Assembly (NCBI GenBank): GCA_942492905.1
Contig: OW818657.1
Location: forward strand, 5,523,908-5,587,907
Length of the DNA stretch: 64,000 nt
Reading direction: 5' to 3'
Source of the DNA: an uncultured Verrucomicrobiota bacterium
GTDB lineage: Bacteria; Verrucomicrobiota; Verrucomicrobiia; Verrucomicrobiales; V1-33
The notes beneath the pieces are model-generated. The model was not told the DNA's origin. It saw nothing but the letters and a program-made list of their open reading frames with translations, and ran no database searches. This document shows positions 26,019 through 34,437 of this stretch, one piece after another (position 1 is the first letter of the stretch; each line of letters begins with the position of its first letter). The position numbers and the translations under genes are program-made.

Positions 26019-28415
26019 TCAATACCACGCCGCCAAGCCGCCCTGCCAAATCGATTTCAGATCTGTCAGCGCTTCGTCCACGAGCAGCCCGGCTCCCTGC
26101 CGGATGACGAGGCGGCGATGCTCCCCGGTGGTGGAACCCAGCACCGCGCAGGGCTGACCGGCGAAGATTTCCTGCACGCTTTCCAGATCCTCCGCCGGAA
26201 CTTCCAACACAAACCGCGCCGGGCTTTCGCTGAAAAGCTGCACCATGGCTGGCAAATCGCGGGCGAGATCGGCTTCGATGCCGGCCTTCATGGAAAACGC
26301 CATTTCCGCCAGGGTCACCGCCAGACCGCCTTCCGAAACATCGTGGGCGCTGAGAACATACCCTTCCTTGATGGCTTCATGCGCGCAGCGGTAGAGCGCC
26401 ATCGCGGCCACCGGATCGCAAACGGGAACCTTGAGGTTCTTCAGGCCCTTCTGGCGGGCGAAGACACTGCCGCCCAGATCACTGGTCGTGGCGCCCACCA
26501 GCACCAGCACGCTGTCATCCGACCGCAGGCTGGCCCCTGTGACATGGGACGCGTCCTCCACAATGCCCATGCCGCTGATCAGTGCGGTGACGGGAATCGA
26601 GACCGGACCGTCCTCGGTCTGGAAGTAGTTATAAAACGAGTCCTTCCCGGACACAAATGGCGTGCCGTAGGCGACGGCCGCCTCCGCGAGGGCGCGGGCG
26701 CTTTCCACCAGGCCACCCAGTTCCACGGGGTCGTGGGGATTGCCCATGCAATAATTGTCGAGCACCGCAATTTTGTCAGGATTGGCCCCGCAGATCACGA
26801 GGGACCGCACACATTCATCCATGCAGGCCAACCCCATGGCATACGGGTCGGTCTTGCCCCACTCCGGCAGCAGGCTCAGGCCCAGCGCGATCAGGCGCGA
26901 ACTGCCATCGAGGCGGATCACCGAGCCATCCTGCGGGGCATCGCCGGTGGCTCCGGCCAGTGGTTTGAGGACGGTATTGCCCTGCACTTCATGGTCGTAT
27001 TCGCGGATCACCGGCTCGCGGGAAACGATCGCAAAATCGCCCAGGACACGTTTCAGATCGGCTCCGGCCGCGGTTTCATCCAGCACCGGGAGAGCCTGCC
27101 AGACCGGCGTGTTCCACGTGCCTTTGAGGTTCAGGCGGGGAGCCTCGTGGAGGCGGCCGCAGTCCAGTTCACAGACCATCCGGCCGTGGTGCTGCACTTT
27201 GAGAATACCGGTGCCATCGCTGGTGCCCAGCACGGAAAGCTCCGTTTCATAAATATCCGCCAGCTTCTGGAGCGCGGGCAGGTGGGCCGGATCGGCCGAA
27301 AGCACCATGCGCTCCTGGCTTTCGCTCAGGAAAATCTGCCAGCTCAACATGCCCGGCTCCTTCAGCGGAGCCTTGTCGAGGTCGATCAGACCGCCGGTCT
27401 CGCTCAACATCTCGCCCGCGGCACTGCTGAATCCGCCCGCGCCACAGTCGGTCAGTCCGGCAATCAGGCCCTGCGCCCGGGCCGTCAGGATAAAATCGCT
27501 CACCTTCTTTTCCTCAATCGGATTCCCGATCTGCACCGCACTCTGGTCTTCCTCGTGGCTGTCCGTGCCAAGCGCGGCCGACGAAAAAGTCGCGCCTTTC
27601 AAGCCATCCCGTCCGGTCCGTCCGCCCACCGCGATAACCAGATGCCCCGGCGTCACTTCCTTCGGAATATCGGCCGAAGGAATCACGCCCGCGGTGCCGC
27701 AGAAGACCAGCGGATTATAACAAAATGTGTCATCAAACTGGATCGCCCCCGCCACCGTGGGAATCCCCATGCGGTTTCCATAATCACGCACCCCGCGCAC
27801 CACCCCGCGCATCACGCCCAGCGGGTGGATCACGTCCTTGGCGCGGATCTGCTCCGGTTTCGTATCCGGCCGGCCAAAACAAAACACATCCAGCGAGGCC
27901 ACCGGTTTGGCGCCCTTCCCGGCGCCTAGAATATCGCGGATCACCCCGCCAAGCCCCGTATTCGCCCCCGCATACGGTTCGATGGCCGAGGGGTGATTGT
28001 GAGTCTCCACTTTCAGACACACCGCCAACCCCGGGTCCACCTCGATGAATCCCGCATTGTCCGTGAAAGCCGACAGCACAAACCCAGGCTTCGAGGCCAT
28101 GATGTCCATGCTGATTTTCCGGATAAACGTCTTGAAGACACCATCCACCACCTCGGTCTTCCCGTCGCGGGTGTGCTCGATCTTCGCGGAGAATATGCGG
28201 TGTTTGCAATGCTCGCTCCACGTCTGGGCGATCACTTCCAGCTCCACATCGGTCGGTTCGCGCCCGGTTTCCTTGTAATAAGCCCGCACCGCCTCCATGT
28301 CATCGGCCGAGAGCGAAAGCTTCATCGCCTTGCTCAAGGCTTCCAGCTCTGCCGTGGACAGGGCAAGAATGGGAATCGTGCGGAAAGTGGGGGAATCAGG
28401 AGCTGCGGAGGCCAT
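26019..28415 (-). CDS. purL: Phosphoribosylformylglycinamidine synthase subunit PurL (FGAM synthase II)
   Basis: Start set at ATG 28415 (MASAAPDS...). It has the conserved PurL blocks WSEHCKH, ETHNHPSAIEPYAGANTGLGGVIRDI and the duplicated AIR-synthase-like domains. Length is ~798 aa. Confidence 0.95.
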   Translation of the reverse strand: MASAAPDSPTFRTIPILALSTAELEALSKAMKLSLSADDMEAVRAYYKETGREPTDVELEVIAQTWSEHCKHRIFSAKIEHTRDGKTEVVDGVFKTFIRKISMDIMASKPGFVLSAFTDNAGFIEVDPGLAVCLKVETHNHPSAIEPYAGANTGLGGVIRDILGAGKGAKPVASLDVFCFGRPDTKPEQIRAKDVIHPLGVMRGVVRGVRDYGNRMGIPTVAGAIQFDDTFCYNPLVFCGTAGVIPSADIPKEVTPGHLVIAVGGRTGRDGLKGATFSSAALGTDSHEEDQSAVQIGNPIEEKKVSDFILTARAQGLIAGLTDCGAGGFSSAAGEMLSETGGLIDLDKAPLKEPGMLSWQIFLSESQERMVLSADPAHLPALQKLADIYETELSVLGTSDGTGILKVQHHGRMVCELDCGRLHEAPRLNLKGTWNTPVWQALPVLDETAAGADLKRVLGDFAIVSREPVIREYDHEVQGNTVLKPLAGATGDAPQDGSVIRLDGSSRLIALGLSLLPEWGKTDPYAMGLACMDECVRSLVICGANPDKIAVLDNYCMGNPHDPVELGGLVESARALAEAAVAYGTPFVSGKDSFYNYFQTEDGPVSIPVTALISGMGIVEDASHVTGASLRSDDSVLVLVGATTSDLGGSVFARQKGLKNLKVPVCDPVAAMALYRCAHEAIKEGYVLSAHDVSEGGLAVTLAEMAFSMKAGIEADLARDLPAMVQLFSESPARFVLEVPAEDLESVQEIFAGQPCAVLGSTTGEHRRLVIRQGAGLLVDEALTDLKSIWQGGLAAWY

Positions 28416-28533
28416 CAGCGAACGTGGCGGGATGCCCCCCGCCGTCAAGGGAACGCCGCAGGCCAAAGTCGCTGGGCAGAAAGAGGTTGGCAGGGCCCGC
28501 GCACCCCGTAATTTTCACCCACCCACTGAAACT

Positions 28534-28983
28534 ATGGCCCAACCCCACTTTAAGAAATGGAGAGTCCTCTTTACCCTGCTCCTTGGCTCGGTGGGGGCCG
28601 CCTGCGAGGCTCCCGGCGTTTTCCGCGATGTGCCGCGCAACCTCCCCCATGCGGTGCTCACTTCTGACAATCCTCCGGGCTTCAGGGGATTTTTCGGACG
28701 GGGCCGCGAAGTCTTTTCCCATCGCATCAATGGCCAGCTGACCGGATTTTGGCGCTTGAGGGACACTTACCGGATTCCCCCGGGTCCCACCTCCGTAAAA
28801 GCCAGTGACTCCACCAAACCCTACGATTATTGGCCCGTAATATCATTTTCCGCCCGGGCGGGTCATCGCTACACGCTTCGTCCGACCCGCCTCGGTGACA
28901 AGGACGCCGTCACCCTGTCAGAGCGGCAGCCGGGCGGCTCCCCGGAACGGGTGATCGGATCGGCCCTGCGGGCCCGGGAATGA
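28534..28983 (+). CDS. Hypothetical lipoprotein
   Basis: Start moved to ATG 28534 (MAQPHFKKWRVLFTLLLGSVGAAC, a lipobox). I recognise no family. It is divergent from purL. Confidence 0.5.
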   Translation: MAQPHFKKWRVLFTLLLGSVGAACEAPGVFRDVPRNLPHAVLTSDNPPGFRGFFGRGREVFSHRINGQLTGFWRLRDTYRIPPGPTSVKASDSTKPYDYWPVISFSARAGHRYTLRPTRLGDKDAVTLSERQPGGSPERVIGSALRARE

Positions 28984-29059
28984 GGCCCCTGACAGGTCCC
29001 CTCCCTGCGTCGTTTCAACCGCCCGGCCATGTCCAATCCCCGCTTTGCGTCCAGTTCTG

Positions 29060-30772
29060 CTACTCTGAGGCCAGCCAGACTTTGACGTGGTAAAAGTCAG
29101 ATCCGGGAAGGACTGGGGCCGTGAAATTCACCGCCTGTCCATTTCCGATGATGTCGGTGAATCCGGGCACGGCTGACCATACCACACTTCCGCCCAGCGT
29201 CCGTGATGACTCCAAAGCGTAATGGCGCGTCAGGCCCGCGTATCCCGGCCCCGAGGCAGGGCTGGCTTGGAAACTCAGGGAAACCTCGCCAGCCACGATA
29301 GTCATCGACTGGGAGACCGGCCGGTCTTCCGCAAGGGGAGCACTGCCAAAAACGAATTCCTGTTCGTTGGTGATTCCATCGCCATCCGGATCCATGGCGG
29401 GGCCGGAAATAGCCGGATCTGCCGCCTGGGACGGATTGAACCGGGTGGTGGCCCAGCTGGAAAATGTATCCACCACCGAAACCGAAATCGTTGCGGTATT
29501 GGAATCCACCGTTCCCGCCGGATTCGTGACCCTCACCCAATAACTGGTGGTCGCCGCAAGGGAAGGCGTAGTGAAGCTTGGGCCGGCGGCGCCGGAAATG
29601 GCATTGGTGGTATCGCCAGTGGCACCCTGATACCATTGAAACACCGGGGAGGTGCCCGAGGCGGTGACATTGAGAGTGGCCGAGCCTCCCGGACTAACTG
29701 CGGTGGACACCGGCTGGCCAGAGATGGCGGGTGGCTCAATCACCGTCACCACGGCGGTATCGGAATTGAGCGAGGCTGCAGCATTTGTCACTTTCACCCA
29801 ATAGCTGGCCGTCGCCGCCAGAGCGGGAGTGGTGAAGGTGGCGCCCAGTGCTCCCACGATGGGGCTGGAGAGATCCCCGGAGGCCCCGGCATACCATTGA
29901 AACGCCGGCGAGGTGCCCGAGGCCGTGACACTGAGAGTAGTGGTGCCGCCTGCATTGATGCTGGTGGACGCGGGCTGGGCCGAGATGACCGGAGGCTGAA
30001 TCACCGTGACCACGGCGGTGCCTGAATTGACGCCTCCTCCGGCATTGGTCACTCTGACCCAATAACTGCTGGTCGCCAGGAGAGCGGGAGTCGTGTAGGT
30101 CGAAGCCACCGCGCCGGCAATGGGATTCGCGGTATTGCCCGCGGCACCGGCATACCATTGGAATGCCGGCGAGGTCCCCGAGGCCCCCACGCTCAATACC
30201 GCGGTGCTCCCGGCGTTGATGGTGGTTGATGCGGCCGGCTGGGTTGTGATCGCCGGAGGACTGACTCCGCCCGTCACCGTAATCGTGAATGCTTTGGCCT
30301 TGGAGCCTCCCGTGTACCCTGCCTTCTCGTAGGCAGTGATGGTAACCGGGAAGCTGCCATTCTGGGTCGGGACACCAGTCACTGAATCAATGTTGCTGTT
30401 GACTGCATTGGTATGCCGCAGGCCGGCCGGCAGCGTTCCGGTGAGCTTCCAACTTTTCGCCGTGGAGGGCGCTCCCGTGACCTGGACGATGAAATTCAGG
30501 GCACTGCCATTGGTCGCGGGTACCGCCGACGAACCCGCCACCGGGGCCACCTGCTGGATCACCGTTGCTCCCGAAACGCAGTCAAAGGCACCGAGCCCGG
30601 AAACCACCGCGATGCTCCATTTGGCCACCTGGCTGAAGCCTGACACCCCAAGCACGCGGGCCTCATGGGCAATCACCTGACCAATCGGCGCCCGTTGGCA
30701 GACAAACATGAGCGGCCCGCAGCGGGAGAGGATACGACGCGCTTTGACGGCAAGTGGTGTTTTGCGTTTCAT
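29060..30772 (-). CDS. Secreted Ig-like repeat protein (three tandem ~88-aa Ig-type repeats, calcium-binding DPDGDG motif)
   Basis: 570-aa ORF. An N-terminal putative Ig domain is followed by three near-identical repeats with FQWY(A/Q)GA...YWV(R/K)VTN. These are followed by DPDGDGITNEQEFVFGSAP (thrombospondin-type-3-like) and a C-terminal beta domain. Confidence 0.75.
   Translation of the reverse strand: MKRKTPLAVKARRILSRCGPLMFVCQRAPIGQVIAHEARVLGVSGFSQVAKWSIAVVSGLGAFDCVSGATVIQQVAPVAGSSAVPATNGSALNFIVQVTGAPSTAKSWKLTGTLPAGLRHTNAVNSNIDSVTGVPTQNGSFPVTITAYEKAGYTGGSKAKAFTITVTGGVSPPAITTQPAASTTINAGSTAVLSVGASGTSPAFQWYAGAAGNTANPIAGAVASTYTTPALLATSSYWVRVTNAGGGVNSGTAVVTVIQPPVISAQPASTSINAGGTTTLSVTASGTSPAFQWYAGASGDLSSPIVGALGATFTTPALAATASYWVKVTNAAASLNSDTAVVTVIEPPAISGQPVSTAVSPGGSATLNVTASGTSPVFQWYQGATGDTTNAISGAAGPSFTTPSLAATTSYWVRVTNPAGTVDSNTATISVSVVDTFSSWATTRFNPSQAADPAISGPAMDPDGDGITNEQEFVFGSAPLAEDRPVSQSMTIVAGEVSLSFQASPASGPGYAGLTRHYALESSRTLGGSVVWSAVPGFTDIIGNGQAVNFTAPVLPGSDFYHVKVWLASE
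29467..30259 (-). repeat. Intragenic tandem repeat, 3 x ~265-270 bp
   Basis: The DNA-level similarity is visible, for example ggcataccattgaaacgccggcgaggtgcccgaggc and ggcataccattggaatgccggcgaggtccccgaggc. These stretches encode the three Ig-like units PP(A/V)I(T/S)xQP...VVTVI(Q/E). Confidence 0.8.
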
Positions 30773-30823
30773 GACTTTAGATGCAGTGAAGGGGGGAGAG
30801 GGAATAGGGAGGGGAATAAATTG

Positions 30824-31054
30824 CTAGTTGCAGCCGCAGCCGCCGCCACCCACTCCCCCGCCGCCAAAACCGGCTTCGCGGGAGAAATAGGCGTGTTCGG
30901 TCATGGCCGTCTGGAGCGGATCCATGCTTTCAGCCATGATGGGATGGGCCAGATTGCCGCGCTCGTAGGGTTTCACCCGCACAAGCGAGTCGGCACAGCT
31001 ACTGAGCGATAACATGCCGCCAAGCAGCAGGAACAGGGGAAATGGGTGTTTCAT
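30824..31054 (-). CDS. DUF4266 family lipoprotein
   Basis: 76-aa ORF with lipobox LSLSSC. The central block is KPYERGNLAHPIMA, and the C-terminus GGGGVGGGGCGCN is diagnostic as I remember it for DUF4266. Confidence 0.8.
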   Translation of the reverse strand: MKHPFPLFLLLGGMLSLSSCADSLVRVKPYERGNLAHPIMAESMDPLQTAMTEHAYFSREAGFGGGGVGGGGCGCN

Positions 31055-31072
31055 AAAATCAGGGAGTATTTG

Positions 31073-31570
31073 TTACCGGCTCTCAGCGAGGAGTGCCTCG
31101 ATTTCCGTGGTATATTGCTTCTCGGTTTTGGCCCCTTTGAAGCCTGTATGGATATGGCGCACCACGCCTTTCCGGTCGATGAGGTAGCTGGTCGGCATGG
31201 TGACCGGATTGAAGGCTCCCGCCGCGCTGTGGGCGGTGTCATGCACCAGGGGGAAGGACGCCCCCATGGTGGTGGAGAATTTCCTGAAATCGGCCACACT
31301 GTCATCGACCCCGATGCCGATGATCACGAGTCCTTTGGCGGCATATTGGGACTGCAGACGGTTGAGGGAAGGAAAGGAGGCTTTGCAGGGAGCGCACCAT
31401 GACGCCCAGAAGTCCACCAGCACCACTTTTCCGGCGGTGTCAGGAACCTTCGCCCCGGGCAGGAGCGGGGCCAGCTTGGGGAGGGGCTGTCCGATTTTAA
31501 CAGTCTCTCCGGCAGTCAGGGCGGGAGTGGAGCAGGTGAGGATGAGGATGGCAGTTAGGAGGTATTTCAT
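31073..31570 (-). CDS. TlpA-like periplasmic thiol:disulfide oxidoreductase (thioredoxin fold)
   Basis: Start moved to ATG 31570 (MKYLLTAILILTCSTPALTA, a signal peptide). The active site is VLVDFWASWCAPCK (CxxC). Confidence 0.85.
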   Translation of the reverse strand: MKYLLTAILILTCSTPALTAGETVKIGQPLPKLAPLLPGAKVPDTAGKVVLVDFWASWCAPCKASFPSLNRLQSQYAAKGLVIIGIGVDDSVADFRKFSTTMGASFPLVHDTAHSAAGAFNPVTMPTSYLIDRKGVVRHIHTGFKGAKTEKQYTTEIEALLAESR

Positions 31571-31607
31571 ATTGTTGGAGTAAAAAGTTGGAGGAAGTTG
31601 AGCGTGG

Positions 31608-32579
31608 CTAGCCGCTCTGGACCAGCCATTGTCCGAAATCGCGGCTGCCGTCGATGCCGTCCACGGTCTGGGCGCAGACTGAGACTCCCTGGGCGCGGGA
31701 TGCCAGATCGAGTCCTTTTTGGGTACCGAGCACAAACACTGCAGTGCTGTAAATGCCGGCTTCGAGGCAGGTGCGGGCGACGACGGTCACGGCGCTCATG
31801 CCGTTGCTGACCGGCCAGCCGGTCCGGGGATCCAGAATGTGTCCATAGCTGACTCCATGGTGGCTGAATTGCCGGGCATAATTGCCCGAGGCAGAAACCG
31901 CACGGTCGCTGATGGCCAGACCACCCCAGCATTTGCCGGGCTGATTCCCGTCCTCGATGCCGACATGCCAGAACGGATGAGTTCCATTGCCGCCCATGGC
32001 AAACACGTCGCGGCCCAGATCGACCAGCACATCCTTGAGTCCGGCATTGCGGGCGATTTTGGCCAAAGCATCGACCGCCAGTTCCTTGCCAAACCCACCG
32101 AAATCGAGGCCCATGCCTTCCTCCGGGAGAGAAATCGCGCCGGGACGGCGGCGGACTTTATCCCAACCCACCAGGGACAAAGTCTTCTCCACGTTGGACG
32201 GATCCGGCAACTTCTCATGGACTTTCTTCCAATCCCAGACCCGCAGCAGTGGCAGCATCGTGGGATCCAGTATGCCTTCGGTCAGCCGGAACAATCCATC
32301 GGCGATGTCGAGCAACTGCTCGGTTTCGGCATCGGTATCCACCCAGGCCCGGCCGGCAGCGGCATTGATGCGCGACACCATGGAATCAGGGCGGAAGCGG
32401 GAGAACTTCGCTTCAAATTTCCCGATCCAATCCAAGGCATCGGCGGCAAACTGGAGAGCCCGGCGGTCGCTGTTCTCCCGGAACTTGATTTGGCAGTCTG
32501 TCCCGAGGGCACGGAAATCCAGGCGGCGCACGCCAAGGGCATCGGGAGGCAGTGTGGCTGCTGGACTCAGGGTGCTCAT
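31608..32579 (-). CDS. apbE: FAD:protein FMN transferase (ApbE family)
   Basis: 323-aa ORF with ApbE blocks FRALGTDCQIKF, DFGGFGKELAVD, LVDLGRDVFAMG, AISDRAVSASGNY and HILDPRTGWP. No obvious signal peptide or lipobox is visible at the annotated N-terminus. Confidence 0.9.
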   Translation of the reverse strand: MSTLSPAATLPPDALGVRRLDFRALGTDCQIKFRENSDRRALQFAADALDWIGKFEAKFSRFRPDSMVSRINAAAGRAWVDTDAETEQLLDIADGLFRLTEGILDPTMLPLLRVWDWKKVHEKLPDPSNVEKTLSLVGWDKVRRRPGAISLPEEGMGLDFGGFGKELAVDALAKIARNAGLKDVLVDLGRDVFAMGGNGTHPFWHVGIEDGNQPGKCWGGLAISDRAVSASGNYARQFSHHGVSYGHILDPRTGWPVSNGMSAVTVVARTCLEAGIYSTAVFVLGTQKGLDLASRAQGVSVCAQTVDGIDGSRDFGQWLVQSG

Positions 32580-32599
32580 GCGGTGGTTGGAAGCAGGAA

Positions 32600-33871
32600 T
32601 TAAAACTTCAGATTGAGCCCCACCGTCAGCATGTTGGCACTTGGATAGGCTGCCCCCGGAGCGGTATCCTCACCAACCCCTTTCATGGTGTAGCGTTCAT
32701 AGGTGGCGCTGATGGAAAGGTTTTCGGAGATTTTCCCCAGCACCCGGATCCCGATGCTGTTGGAATCCAGGGAGGAGAGCCGGTAGTCCGCCGAATAGTT
32801 CGGCCCCGAGCCATCCGGATCATCCGCCGGCGTCACCACATCCACATTGTTCAGCGAATTGACGAAGAAATCTGCGGCGTTCTGATGATAATAACGGACA
32901 AAGGGGATCAACTCGAGGTGCGCTCCCACCTGCTGACGCCATTCCACCTGCACCATTTCTGAGGAGACTCCGAAGTCATCGTGGGTGTAGCGGAAAATGG
33001 CATCGATCGCCGCCTTTTCGGCTTCGAAGTAGTGGCGTCCTTCCAACTGGATTACCTGACGGAAACGGTTCTCCGGCCGGTTTTCCCGGTAGATGTTCAC
33101 CACCGGAATGTCGATTCCCGGGATCACGATCACCGTGCCGTCCCCGGCATCGATTACCGTATCCGGGGTCGTCACAATCTCGTCCCGCTGCACCACTTTA
33201 TAGGGATCGTTCAGATAGCCTTTGCTGAATCCGAGGGTCAGATTGCCGGAAACCACCGTGTTTTTGCCGAGGATCTGGGAAACCCCGGTGAAGAAATCAA
33301 AGCTTTCCTTGCCCCGGTCTCCCAGCATCGGGACATGCACTGTATCGTCGAGATAATTCACCCCCACAGTCAGGGTCGTATTCTTCTGATTCAGCTCGAT
33401 GGCATCTGTCAGGGCAAATCCATTGGAAAGATAATCGTCCTCTTCACTGTTGGCCACTTCCAGCTCCACCCGGTGATTCCCGATTTGCTGGGACAAGGCT
33501 CCGAGGATTCCCGTCCGGATGTCCTCCACATTGGCCAGGAAGGGCTGAAGCCCGCCCGGCAGGACCCCGGTCGGCGAGGCCCCGGAGATGGCATCGTTCA
33601 GGTATTGCATCCGGAAGGTGGTCCCCTCAAGGATGTCCCACTTTCCGCGGACATAGTGGGATTCGACTCTGATCCTGTCGTCGTCCTCCTGATACAGTTG
33701 GAAGCTGTAGTCATATTCTGAAGGGATTTCCGCCCTTGTCTGGGTTCCGGAGCAGAGCAGACTGGCAAGCAGGAGAGGTTGGCGTATTTTCACGAATTGG
33801 CAGCGGTTTGAAGTGTGGATAAATGGTGCAGAATAAATGACAGGCGCAGGCATCGCTAGCTGCTTTCTCAT
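32600..33871 (-). CDS. DUF3570 family protein, predicted outer-membrane beta-barrel
   Basis: 423-aa ORF. An alternative GTG start at 33793 would give the signal-like KIRQPLLLASLLCSGTQTRA. It shows an alternating beta-strand pattern and a C-terminal ...LTVGLNLKF (terminal Phe typical of OMP barrels). It is the first gene of the ApbE/TlpA/DUF4266 operon. Confidence 0.7.
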   Translation of the reverse strand: MRKQLAMPAPVIYSAPFIHTSNRCQFVKIRQPLLLASLLCSGTQTRAEIPSEYDYSFQLYQEDDDRIRVESHYVRGKWDILEGTTFRMQYLNDAISGASPTGVLPGGLQPFLANVEDIRTGILGALSQQIGNHRVELEVANSEEDDYLSNGFALTDAIELNQKNTTLTVGVNYLDDTVHVPMLGDRGKESFDFFTGVSQILGKNTVVSGNLTLGFSKGYLNDPYKVVQRDEIVTTPDTVIDAGDGTVIVIPGIDIPVVNIYRENRPENRFRQVIQLEGRHYFEAEKAAIDAIFRYTHDDFGVSSEMVQVEWRQQVGAHLELIPFVRYYHQNAADFFVNSLNNVDVVTPADDPDGSGPNYSADYRLSSLDSNSIGIRVLGKISENLSISATYERYTMKGVGEDTAPGAAYPSANMLTVGLNLKF

Positions 33872-34437
33872 TTATAGCCGGAAGGCCCATGTTCGGAATT
33901 TATACCGATCCAGGTGCAAGAGGACAGCAGTCTCCAGTAACCAAATGGTCAGAATTCCCTCGGGCCGATAAACGAAAAATCCGAGACTCAAAGCCAATGA
34001 TAAATTCACTTTTGATATGAATATTTCAGTCCGGCCGGAACCGGCAGCAATATCGCGGGCGCGGTAAGAAATTGACGGATGGATACCTCAGACCCGGGCA
34101 GCGGTTGGCGGTGCCGTGGCGTTTCTTCCTGATTCACTTAAGATCGCCGGTGTTGTAGAATCCTGTCGCCGCCAGTTCCCGCCGCGCCGGAGTTGGCTTC
34201 GATTTTCACGCTCCGGTGCGCATCTCCTCGTCCAGCGCCAACATCCCGCCGGTTCCCGTGGAACTCCGCTAGTGGAGGATCCCGCGGCGGCATCAACCCA
34301 ACAGTTTCTCCCGCTTCGAAAGAGAATCGCCGGGGCCACGCCTCCGCCATTCCACCGGTTCTCCCTGATTAATTAAGTTGCCTTGATCTTTTTCCCCTCG
34401 TGGGCAAGCTCCCCTTTTCCGTCCGACCTTCCCGGCC

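Noticed and set aside
26118-27929. + strand ORF of 603 aa inside purL
   Set aside because: It is antisense to the strongly conserved purL. The sequence is His/Arg/Gly-rich with no motifs.
34100-34437. Possible RNase P RNA, tmRNA or SRP RNA in the GC-rich non-coding stretch
   Set aside because: The hallmark sequences are absent on both strands. These are GAGGAAAGTCCGG and GGTAAGAGCGCACC for RNase P, a tRNA-like GGTTCGAATCC...CCA end plus tag ORF for tmRNA, and the GGAA-containing SRP domain IV. I kept only a low-confidence structured-leader note in the findings.
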